DNA of 64,000 nt from Fibrobacteria bacterium (lineage in GTDB: Bacteria; Fibrobacterota; Fibrobacteria; UBA11236), in the NCBI GenBank assembly GCA_043732185.1, contig JAYTHY010000006.1, positions 1 to 64,000 of the forward strand. The letters run 5' to 3'. Positions 10,080 through 18,576 of this stretch are shown here, in pieces (the first letter of the stretch is position 1; each line of letters opens with the position of its first letter). The notes beneath the pieces were generated by a model, which worked only from the letters and a program-made list of their open reading frames with translations, had not been told where the DNA came from and ran no database searches. The position numbers and the translations under genes are program-made.

Positions 10080-11324
10080 CTATGATCTATTTTTTCCGCT
10101 TTGGATTTTTACAATACGATTGACATTGAACATGAGAGCAATAGTTATGAGCATCGCCGTGGCAACTACGTAACCAAGTATGTTGTAGTTCCCTAAGGTT
10201 CCATCATCGTTTTGAATTACGATAAGCCCGGCAATGGAAGTGGCAATCCCACCGGAAATTTGTGCAGTTGAAGCGTTGATGGACATAAATGCCCCACGGT
10301 CTTGCGGTTTGGGTACGGCAGAGGCCAAAGCTTGCGAAGAAATCATCCTCGACATTATTGCGATAAATAGCACCACATTGATTACGATAACCCACCATAG
10401 CGGAGTAATACCCAATTGGCAATAATAAAGGACTATCGCTATGCCCAAAGTTGAACCGATCCAAAAGAGCTGAAACTTACCAATTCTGTCGCTAAATTTC
10501 CCAATCAATGGTCCCGCGATTATGGAGGAAAGGCCGGTAATTAAATATACGAGCGGCAAATTCTTCAAAGGAATACCCAAATTATGCACACTAAAGGCAC
10601 TACTGAATGGCATCAGCATAAACCCACCCGTGGCCAATAAAGTTGTGGCGGCAAATGCAGCCAGATAGTGCCCTTGGCTTACCGTTTTGAACAAGTGCTG
10701 CAAAGGGTTACGGTCCGATTTGATTTTAAGATGTTCGTTGATGGGCTGCAACTTAAATAGTATCAAGATTCCGACTAAAAAACTGACGCCGGTTATCATT
10801 AAAAAGGGTGCGTGCCAACCAAAATGATTCGATAGCAACAGACCCAGTGGAATGCCCAAAACCTGAGCAGCTGCGAAGGCAGTTTGGACAAAGCCCATGA
10901 CCCGGCCTCGGGTTTCAAAAACGAAGATGTCAGCAATGATGGCAAATATTATCGCCCCAATTACTCCGCCGAATATACCGGTTATTATTCTGGCGATTAA
11001 CAGCAAATGAAAAGTTGGTGCCAATCCACAAAAAAGGGTGCCCAACAAAAATCCGGCGTAAAAAAAGAGCAACAGTCTCTTGCGATCGAATTTATCAGCA
11101 AATCCCGCTGCTAAAATTCCTGAGGCTCCTGCGCTAAAGGCATAGGCGGAGACAACAAAACCAAATTGTTTGGTGGTAATACCCATGGATTGCATAAGAA
11201 TTGCGCCCAAGGGAGCTAGAATCATAAAATCGAGGATAATCGTAAACTGGAGAAAAGCCAAAATGGCTATGACTAAAATCTGGTAGGACGTAAAGGTAGG
11301 CTTTTCGCCTTTTTTGGATTGCAT
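10080..11324 (-). CDS. MFS transporter
   Basis: 12 TM pattern; ADKFDRKR motif A; GKFSDRIGK. Confidence 0.9.
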   Translation of the reverse strand: MQSKKGEKPTFTSYQILVIAILAFLQFTIILDFMILAPLGAILMQSMGITTKQFGFVVSAYAFSAGASGILAAGFADKFDRKRLLLFFYAGFLLGTLFCGLAPTFHLLLIARIITGIFGGVIGAIIFAIIADIFVFETRGRVMGFVQTAFAAAQVLGIPLGLLLSNHFGWHAPFLMITGVSFLVGILILFKLQPINEHLKIKSDRNPLQHLFKTVSQGHYLAAFAATTLLATGGFMLMPFSSAFSVHNLGIPLKNLPLVYLITGLSSIIAGPLIGKFSDRIGKFQLFWIGSTLGIAIVLYYCQLGITPLWWVIVINVVLFIAIMSRMISSQALASAVPKPQDRGAFMSINASTAQISGGIATSIAGLIVIQNDDGTLGNYNILGYVVATAMLITIALMFNVNRIVKIQSGKNRS

Positions 11325-11477
11325 TAAAAAATAATAGAAATAAGTAGGGTTCTTGATGGAATTAAACCTTCACACATTGCGCATAAAAAAGGCAGACCTT
11401 AGATGGCTTAGAACGTTGAAGCAATACTGAGTACATTTCTAAATTATTCCTCTTTGCCTTCAATATGGAAAACGAAA

Positions 11478-11894
11478 ATGAATATCCTGGATTCCAATTT
11501 GGATTTAAAGAAATGCTTTCCACTCATGAAGCAATTGCGACCTCATCTAACTTTGGAAAATTTTGAACAACAAGTTGAACGTCAGATTCATTCCTCTGGA
11601 TATACGCTCGCTGCCTTGGAAGTAAATAACGAATTAAAATCGTTAATTGGGTTTCGTGTAACAGAATATTTGGCGTGGGGGAAGATTTTATACATAGACG
11701 ATCTTGTGACAGATGAAGGCAATATGGGAAAAGGGTATGCTGGTACCCTATTGGATTGGGTGTTTAAAAAGGGAGCGGCATTAAATTGTCAGCAAATTCA
11801 CTTGGACTCTGGTTATCAAAGATATGATGCGCACCGCCTCTACCTAAATAAAAAAATGAAAATTGTCGGCCATCATTTCTGCAAAGAAGTTTGA
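11478..11894 (+). CDS. GNAT family acetyltransferase
   Basis: LYIDDLVTDE..GKGYA and HLDSGYQRYDAHRLY motifs. Start ATG 11478 (ORF track starts at 11454). Confidence 0.88.
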   Translation: MNILDSNLDLKKCFPLMKQLRPHLTLENFEQQVERQIHSSGYTLAALEVNNELKSLIGFRVTEYLAWGKILYIDDLVTDEGNMGKGYAGTLLDWVFKKGAALNCQQIHLDSGYQRYDAHRLYLNKKMKIVGHHFCKEV

Positions 11895-11916
11895 GAATCC
11901 TACCGTTTAAACTTTA

Positions 11917-12627
11917 TCACTCGCCATTGTTTTTTTCCTCAAATATTGACTCACCATCAGCATTGGTAGTCAGAACTTCGCTCATATAATTAAAAAATGG
12001 GCGTATGGTTTTAAATACTTCATTGGCTATCTTTAAAAAGTTCGCGTCCAGCACTTCTTTATCCGAAAAATCATGTCTAAAAATAAATTGTTTGTGTCGA
12101 ATCAAATCTATTGCCACATGATCTTTGGTGTATCCTCGCGGCACTGTGGGCACAACATCACCTTGTAATGCGCCGAAACTGCTGCTGATTTTTTTAGAGG
12201 TTAATAGCTTTCGCCAATCCTGAGCGTGCATGTCAATATCTTTTCTAATTCTAGCCAAATCGACGGGATTTGGAGCAAAAAATCCACAGGCAATAAAACT
12301 TCCGCCGGGATTAATATTTGCATAATACCCACCTCGCCTTAATTTTGTGGCTCGATTTAATTGAAAAGCAAATCGGGTTTTATAAGGGGTTTTATCCTTG
12401 CTGAATCGAACATCATTGTAGATGCGAAACAGACTTTCCTTTCCAGACGTATTTTCAATAACATCGTGCTTATTCATTTCAAAAATAAGCTGGTCAATGA
12501 ATGCATACATGTTCTCTTGAGCGGATTGAAATTTAGCCTTGTTGGCGTTAAACCATTCTCGATTATTATTCGAGGCAAGAGATTTTAAGAATTTTAAGGT
12601 TGAGCCATTGATGGTTTCTAGGGCCAT
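11917..12627 (-). CDS. DUF2461 family protein
   Basis: NNNREWFNANK and FRIYNDVRFSKDKTPYK motifs. Confidence 0.9.
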   Translation of the reverse strand: MALETINGSTLKFLKSLASNNNREWFNANKAKFQSAQENMYAFIDQLIFEMNKHDVIENTSGKESLFRIYNDVRFSKDKTPYKTRFAFQLNRATKLRRGGYYANINPGGSFIACGFFAPNPVDLARIRKDIDMHAQDWRKLLTSKKISSSFGALQGDVVPTVPRGYTKDHVAIDLIRHKQFIFRHDFSDKEVLDANFLKIANEVFKTIRPFFNYMSEVLTTNADGESIFEEKNNGE

Positions 12628-12703
12628 AGATTAGTGCCTACAATGAGTTAGATATTCGATTGCAACCGGAAGCGATTAATTTAATAACGTAAGCGGAATG
12701 TCG

Positions 12704-13378
12704 TCAGTGAATCTTTAGCACAATCCTACGATTCTTAGCCTGGTTGGCGGGAATGGAAATGCCCTCTGAATCTGTATTTGCAGACTTGGGCTTGGTGTCC
12801 GCATAACCTGCCGCTTTAAGCCGATCGGAAGTAATGCCTTTGCTAATCATGTACTTGACAATATTGGTGGCGCGTGAAACCGACAGTTCCCAATTTGATG
12901 GGAATTGAAGCGTCTTGATTGGGATATTGTCGGTATGCCCTTCAATATCCACTGCGAATTTGTAATACTCGATATTTTTGATGGCGTCCGTCACGATATC
13001 GATGTTTTCTCGTGCAGAAGGACCGATATCTGCTTTGCCGGGATCATAGATTGCTGAACTTGAGAATTCAAGTACGATACCTTCACGGGTCAAATCTATA
13101 CTGACTTCACCTCGCTTACGCTGTCCGGCAAGTAAAGAATCCAAATCGTGCTTGATTTCACCTAGAGGGGTTTTGACATCCTTATCCTTGCCAATATCGG
13201 TCCGCAAACCTTTTTTCATTTGTTCAAAGAGTACTGGGTCGACATGGGAGACGGATAACATCGTTAAAAAGAAGGCCATTAGCAGCGTCACGAGATCGGC
13301 ATAACTCATTAGCCAATCTTCTTCCGAGCCGTGCTGTTCGTTTACCCGATGGCGATTGGGATGTGCGTTGAGGGCCAT
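12704..13378 (-). CDS. motB: MotB-family stator B subunit with OmpA-like peptidoglycan-binding domain
   Basis: WLMSYADLVTLLMAFF (critical Asp kept), plug-like helix, IEGHTDNIPI, SNWELSVSRA, GYADTKP and NRRI motifs. Confidence 0.92.
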   Translation of the reverse strand: MALNAHPNRHRVNEQHGSEEDWLMSYADLVTLLMAFFLTMLSVSHVDPVLFEQMKKGLRTDIGKDKDVKTPLGEIKHDLDSLLAGQRKRGEVSIDLTREGIVLEFSSSAIYDPGKADIGPSARENIDIVTDAIKNIEYYKFAVDIEGHTDNIPIKTLQFPSNWELSVSRATNIVKYMISKGITSDRLKAAGYADTKPKSANTDSEGISIPANQAKNRRIVLKIH

Positions 13379-13393
13379 GGAACACTACCCTGA

Positions 13394-14209
13394 TTACTTT
13401 TTTGCCGCGTCCTTGGTGGACCCGGCCTTTTTTTCGAACATGGAATACTGTTCTTTACGATCAAGGTAGGAATTGAGTTTATCCTGTATGTACATGGCCT
13501 GTTTCTTATCCATGATCATGACTAAAGCCTCCAGTATCAGATAATGGCGAAATCGCTCGATGCTCAATGTCTGCCGTATTTTGGTAGATGCTGGCATAAA
13601 AACAAACCGAGCGAAAAGTAAGCCGTACAATGTGGCAGTCAATGCAAGCGAAAGCCCTGGACCCAATTTGGATGGGTCTTCCAATTTTCCGAGCATGACG
13701 ATAAGGCCCATCAATGTGCCGACCAATCCGAATGCGGGCGTCATCGAACCCATAGTGGTTAAAATGGTGCTTTCCTGCAGATGCCGGTAATAGTGTTCTT
13801 CGATGCTGGTGGTTCCCAATTCTCGGATTTCATCGGATTTATAACCGGTACTTGCCAAGTTGAAAATGTATTTGATGAACTCGTCCTTGCTCGACTTTGC
13901 AATAGTCTCATAGGTAGCCTGTCCATCCGACTGAAATTTTTTCTGCCAGTCGATTGCCGTTTTCACGTCTGCAATCAAGGTTTTTGAAGAAATGCTCTGT
14001 TTGAGGAATATCCTCAAGGTGGCAATAAAAGTGCTCCAGACGTACTTGAAACGGAATCCGATAAAGGTAACTGTAACGGTACCTCCGAAAACTATCGCCA
14101 AACTAGATGGACTTAGGAATACCTGCCAATCCTTGGTTTCATGCAAAATACCAGCAGCGATGATTATAAACCCAAATATGACTCCGAATACGGTGGAAAA
14201 AGAAATCAT
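13394..14209 (-). CDS. motA: MotA/PomA-family stator A subunit
   Basis: SLAIVFGGT, PAFGLVGTLMGLIVML and LGPGLSLALTATLYG motifs; full MotA length including the cytoplasmic loop. Confidence 0.9.
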   Translation of the reverse strand: MISFSTVFGVIFGFIIIAAGILHETKDWQVFLSPSSLAIVFGGTVTVTFIGFRFKYVWSTFIATLRIFLKQSISSKTLIADVKTAIDWQKKFQSDGQATYETIAKSSKDEFIKYIFNLASTGYKSDEIRELGTTSIEEHYYRHLQESTILTTMGSMTPAFGLVGTLMGLIVMLGKLEDPSKLGPGLSLALTATLYGLLFARFVFMPASTKIRQTLSIERFRHYLILEALVMIMDKKQAMYIQDKLNSYLDRKEQYSMFEKKAGSTKDAAKK

Positions 14210-14215
14210 AGCTGT

Positions 14216-15463
14216 CTATTTCCCCTTAGCCTTCTTGGTCGGAAAAACGGGCTTGCTCGGAGCATCTGCAGCGGCTGGTGGAACAGTAGGCACAGGTTTT
14301 TTTGCTTCAACCGATGCCTCAGGTTTCGTTTGTTCCTGAGGTTCGACTGACGCCTTTTCTGGAACAGGCGCAGCAGGTTTTTCAGCAGCGATATCGGGTG
14401 CAGGCTGCGGAGGAGGTGTAGGAGATGCAGATGGAGCTGGGGCTATGACTGGAGATGGAACCGCCATAGCTGGTTGTGCTATGGCAGGTGGACTAGAATT
14501 CTTTGGGGAACCGAGCCTACCCTCGCTATCGAATTTTTGAATTGACGTATTGTCGCCAGCGGCTTCTTCTGGAAAGGGTGCTCCATCTGCAACCTCAGGT
14601 CCGGCCGCTTCAATGACTGATGCGGGGGGTCGTGGAGCTGGGCGGGAAATTAGTGGTCTGGGAGCGGGTGAACCGCGTCCTCCTGGAGTGCGGGTGCGCT
14701 GCAGCATGTTTTCCACCGCTGGCATATCGGGATTTAGCCGCAGTGCGTCTTCCCAATGTCTTCGAGCCAAACCATTTTTTCCCATCATATAACTAATGCT
14801 TCCCGCCAAGGCATGACCTTCCGCCGTTGGCTGGGCGTCCAATGACTGCCGAACCATTGCCATGGCTTCCGGATATCGTTTTTGATAAAAAAGTTCCTGG
14901 GCTTTGCGGATCCCGGTTAAGACCTTGCTTGTAACATCCTCGTTACTGGACTGATCTTGATTGGCAGACTCCTCTTCAGAATCAGGCTTTGCTGCAGGCG
15001 GCTGGTGCTTTTCGGTTTTCGAAGACGTCTTCTCCGGTTTTTGTTCTTGTTTGGGTTCAGGCTTTTGTTCTTCCTGTTCTTGATCCTCCTGACCAGACTG
15101 GGCTGCTTGCTCCTGATTTCTATTTTTGGATGTAGGCTTACCGCGCTCCTTCTGAGGCGGAGGCTGCATAGCGGCCGCATCTTCAGCATTAGCCGGTCGT
15201 CCCGACATTTCCAGATAAACTTCCGTGGAACCAAGATCGATGCTCATGTGGGCGTCAGTGGTTTTATTTGCAAAGTGGAAATTGATTCCACCGGCCCCTT
15301 TTTCACCAGCTTGGTTTTGCGTTTCAACTTTCGTGGGTTCCCTTGTTTGCGCGCGCTCCGGAGGCGGAGCAGAGCCTCCACAACCCAGGAGAAGGGCGGC
15401 GGTCAGGCCAGCGACACCGGAGAACCGGGTACTAGAACGTATAGTGTAAGAAGGTAAGTTCAT
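14216..15463 (-). CDS. TPR-containing lipoprotein with Gln/Glu-rich and Pro/Ala-rich disordered regions
   Basis: Lipobox LLLGC; TPR-like helices KAQELFYQKRYPEA...ARRHWEDALRLNPD; low-complexity flanks. Confidence 0.75.
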   Translation of the reverse strand: MNLPSYTIRSSTRFSGVAGLTAALLLGCGGSAPPPERAQTREPTKVETQNQAGEKGAGGINFHFANKTTDAHMSIDLGSTEVYLEMSGRPANAEDAAAMQPPPQKERGKPTSKNRNQEQAAQSGQEDQEQEEQKPEPKQEQKPEKTSSKTEKHQPPAAKPDSEEESANQDQSSNEDVTSKVLTGIRKAQELFYQKRYPEAMAMVRQSLDAQPTAEGHALAGSISYMMGKNGLARRHWEDALRLNPDMPAVENMLQRTRTPGGRGSPAPRPLISRPAPRPPASVIEAAGPEVADGAPFPEEAAGDNTSIQKFDSEGRLGSPKNSSPPAIAQPAMAVPSPVIAPAPSASPTPPPQPAPDIAAEKPAAPVPEKASVEPQEQTKPEASVEAKKPVPTVPPAAADAPSKPVFPTKKAKGK

Positions 15464-16562
15464 AGGCAATAGGTTCCAGTGTCAAGAATCGTTCTGAATC
15501 TAGGCCCGTGCCTTGAATTTTTTTATTCAGCGGCAAAAACAAAATGCCCCCACCTAAAGTGAAATGTCGGCTGACACGGGATTTATATCCTACTGTGAGT
15601 GCGCTAATATGGCCGCGATTTAAAAAAGGAATGAACTCCTGCACGCCGATATAAGTCCCCAGCCAATAACCTAGATCGGGATTGGACTTCCGGAAAAATA
15701 TGCCCAGCATCTCAATGCCGAACTTTGCGGTTTGCATGTTGAAGTTGACGGCTAGACTATCCGGGCCACCAGAGCCATCCATGAATCCGTATCCCAAGGT
15801 CACTGAAAAAATCAGCCATTTGTCCGGGGTAACCGCTTCGCTAACCGTACCTTCAATGGCGTATTGGGTTAGGGACAAAGACTCAAGTGTGTCCAAAAGT
15901 GGTACACCATTGGTATCCGCTCGCGTGGTACTGGGTACGATTCCCCTGTGGATGGGAAACATTCGGACAGAAGAGGACGCGCTCCAATCCAGGTTCCAAA
16001 TATCCGGCTTTTTTTCATTTGGTCCCGCTACAAAACTCGCGGACCAAACCACTTCGCCCGTGCGATGCCGGAACACTTTGAGGTTTAAGATGACATCATT
16101 GTCTGCGCTCTTGGAACAAGATCCTTCGATGAATCCATCCACACGGAGTTTGTCCCCAAGTCTCCACAAGTCTTCCATGGAGGGAAGCGTATTGGAAAAT
16201 TTAAAAGAACTGTCGGTGGAAACCACCCGAAAAGTTCGGAGCTCCGGTGATGTCACAACGGTCTTACGGCCATCGCGCCGAAAGACCTCTTCCACCTGCG
16301 CCTGTATATAGCGCGATAGGCCGGGACTGAATTCAGCGGGATCAATTTTGATTTGGGATAGAGCAATGCGATCCATGCTGGGAGGAATATCCCCCATGGC
16401 CTTGGAAAGCCTCTGCATGATTTCAGCGATTTGTCGCAATCCTGTGGAACTGGGGGCGAAAGGATCAATGGCTGGAGCGGAGGCTGCTGAGACAGGTCCA
16501 GGATGGATACTGAGCAGCAGCGCCAGTATTACTCCGGCGCGTGCGGGGGTAATCCCCATCAT
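15432..16562 (-). CDS. Exported protein: CsgG/FlgO/LpoB-like alpha/beta domain plus putative outer-membrane beta-barrel
   Basis: Signal peptide (VSA-A); RLGDKLRVDGFIEGS...ILNLKVFRHRTGEVVWS pattern of the CsgG/TolB_N fold; alternating beta-strands ending YELTFLHYTF (terminal Phe). Confidence 0.6.
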   Translation of the reverse strand: MMGITPARAGVILALLLSIHPGPVSAASAPAIDPFAPSSTGLRQIAEIMQRLSKAMGDIPPSMDRIALSQIKIDPAEFSPGLSRYIQAQVEEVFRRDGRKTVVTSPELRTFRVVSTDSSFKFSNTLPSMEDLWRLGDKLRVDGFIEGSCSKSADNDVILNLKVFRHRTGEVVWSASFVAGPNEKKPDIWNLDWSASSSVRMFPIHRGIVPSTTRADTNGVPLLDTLESLSLTQYAIEGTVSEAVTPDKWLIFSVTLGYGFMDGSGGPDSLAVNFNMQTAKFGIEMLGIFFRKSNPDLGYWLGTYIGVQEFIPFLNRGHISALTVGYKSRVSRHFTLGGGILFLPLNKKIQGTGLDSERFLTLEPIAYELTFLHYTF

Positions 16563-18412
16563 GCCGGCCTCCCTGAATGTTTAATCTCATCGCGAATCCG
16601 ACTAAGCAGGCGACGCTGGGCAACTTCCGACTCCTTTGGTGTCACGTCCTTTGATCCTTCGATTCCTCCGGAGACCATCATCTGCATACGCTCCGGGAGC
16701 AAAGCCAAAATTTTAGTACGAATGGCTTCATCCACATGGATCAAGGCCAGGATCAGAGTTTCCTGGTCCAGGTTTTGGAGCACTCCGGACAGGAATTTAT
16801 CCGGCAATCCCGCAACTTCCGGCAGGGTAACGTACCGATTACGTATCTTTTCACCCAAACCCAAATCCATTTCGGAAATGGAATGGACGTAGTTGAATTG
16901 AAGATGAAGGGGAAGGCTGTCGATCAGTTCCAGAATGCTGTCTACGCCATCGGCGGCCACAAACCGCATATTTCCAACGTCCAATGCCTTAAGGGAAAGT
17001 CGATCGGCAATTTCTTTATACACATTGAGAGGGATATGGTCGATATTGCCCATTGCCAGCAGCAGTTTACCCCGGCTGTCCGGATCTACCTTTTGCAGAA
17101 TGCCACTGGCCATTTCTCCCTTAAGCTGCGCCATGACCAGTCCGGAAATGCCTTGGGATTCGTCGCGTAAAATATGCATGATCTGTTGCTCATTCAATTG
17201 ATGCAAGAATCCAAATAAATCCTTGTATTGATCCCCATTCGCAGATCCATTCGATAAATTCTGGAACTCGCGTTTGAATTCTTTGTATACGATGAGAAGT
17301 TCTTCCGGTGACGGAGCCTCGCCGGAATTCAAGTGGACTTCGAGCATCTGACTCAGTTCACGGCCAATCTCCGGAGTAAGCACACTCATGAGACGTGCAT
17401 CCAAACTCGCCACCATGGCGGCGGAATCACGTAGCCCTTTGTCCGGCTCGCGCTGGATCCAGCTTTTAATGATTTGACCACAGTGTTTTGGACTGCCCAC
17501 AAAACAGTTCAGTAAAAACGGACGGAAAGCTCCAAGTTCGGAGGGCTGGGCTTTGGCAGCTAGTCCTTTGCCAGTCTCAGCAGCAGGTTTTTGCGCCTCG
17601 GTGGGCAATGGCAGTATTGGTTGCGGCCCCTTGTCCTGTCTGTCCCGACCGCTCGCACCTACGATGGCGCGCGATACCATCCATACACAGGCTAGGATCA
17701 GCAAGCAGATTAGCAGAAGGGGAATCAAAGAAGGCAAGTGATCCATATAGGCGCTGAATGGGTTGGCAGCCGGTTTCTCTTTATCTCCGTATTTGTTCCT
17801 TCCGTCACGATCACTATTCGAATCGCTCTTGCTCTGTTGTGGCTGAGAGGCTAAAGGCGGAGGCGTTTCAGCAGGTTTGCGATAGGTGGACAAGGATCGG
17901 TTGTCCCGCGGAAATACGCCCTCATGCACCGCAACTCGGTCCCCGCGCAATTCATCTAAATGACAGGCCATACCAATTAGGTTGCGAATGAAATCCACAT
18001 CCTTATCGGAATAACCTGTATCCACCAATACGTCCAAGGTAACCGATTGGATGCCCCCGGATGTTTGCTGTTTGGTCTCTTTATCCGCAGCAGGTGGTTT
18101 CGGCTGCATCGTTTCTGGAAGAAAGGGAAGGCCCGGAAGTTGCGGTTGTGATTCCGTAGTTGCAGGCAATGCATCCTCATTGGACACATCAACTTCCGGC
18201 GAGGGCTCTGTTTCTACTTTTGCTTTGACAAGGAAGGTGGCTTCCTCGTAGTAACGCGATAAAGTCCGTGCAGCTAGGCTTTCATAATATTGTGCTAATT
18301 TTCCGGCTTGCTCTTCCTTACCAAAAACCTGCCGCGCGCCCTGTGCCATTGCGGATCCGGTAGCAAGACCCAACATCAACGTCATGGAAAATAATCTTAG
18401 AATTGTTAACAT
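16559..18412 (-). CDS. FliF C-terminal (RBM3-TM-C tail) / FliG fusion protein with signal peptide
   Basis: Signal peptide MLTILRLF...SAMA|Q; FliF-like GIQSVTLDVLVD...IRNLIGMACHLDELRGDRVAV, TM and PKHCGQIIKSWI; FliG-like AAMVASL, LFGFLHQL..ILRDE, DGVDSILELI, EKIRNRYVTL and TKILALLPER. Start ATG 18412 (ORF track starts at 18451). Confidence 0.8.
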   Translation of the reverse strand: MLTILRLFSMTLMLGLATGSAMAQGARQVFGKEEQAGKLAQYYESLAARTLSRYYEEATFLVKAKVETEPSPEVDVSNEDALPATTESQPQLPGLPFLPETMQPKPPAADKETKQQTSGGIQSVTLDVLVDTGYSDKDVDFIRNLIGMACHLDELRGDRVAVHEGVFPRDNRSLSTYRKPAETPPPLASQPQQSKSDSNSDRDGRNKYGDKEKPAANPFSAYMDHLPSLIPLLLICLLILACVWMVSRAIVGASGRDRQDKGPQPILPLPTEAQKPAAETGKGLAAKAQPSELGAFRPFLLNCFVGSPKHCGQIIKSWIQREPDKGLRDSAAMVASLDARLMSVLTPEIGRELSQMLEVHLNSGEAPSPEELLIVYKEFKREFQNLSNGSANGDQYKDLFGFLHQLNEQQIMHILRDESQGISGLVMAQLKGEMASGILQKVDPDSRGKLLLAMGNIDHIPLNVYKEIADRLSLKALDVGNMRFVAADGVDSILELIDSLPLHLQFNYVHSISEMDLGLGEKIRNRYVTLPEVAGLPDKFLSGVLQNLDQETLILALIHVDEAIRTKILALLPERMQMMVSGGIEGSKDVTPKESEVAQRRLLSRIRDEIKHSGRPA

Positions 18413-18576
18413 CGCACGGCAATTATACAACGAGGCATTTGTAGAGCGCATGTTTTTCTACGCAATTATTTTAAAATTATTTTGGCTAATCCTATTTGTT
18501 TCCTAAAGCTTCACGCCTTTCCTTCCGATAACTCTTTGTTGGACAGTAGAACCCAACTGATGCCTGGGAGAAGGAA

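Noticed and set aside
11917..12627. DUF2461 as a sixth gene of the motor operon
   Set aside because: It is separated by 76 bp, is AT-richer like the accessory region, and belongs to a widespread unrelated family.
12704..14209. MotAB pair as a Zorya (ZorAB) defence system or as ExbBD/TolQR
   Set aside because: MotA lacks the long ZorA tail and no zorC/D/E genes are present. MotB has an OmpA-like domain, unlike ExbD/TolR, and a FliG-like partner is in the operon.
18452..18576. Sigma-54 promoter for the motor operon (tggctaatcctatttg)
   Set aside because: It does not fit GG-N10-GC spacing and faces the wrong way.
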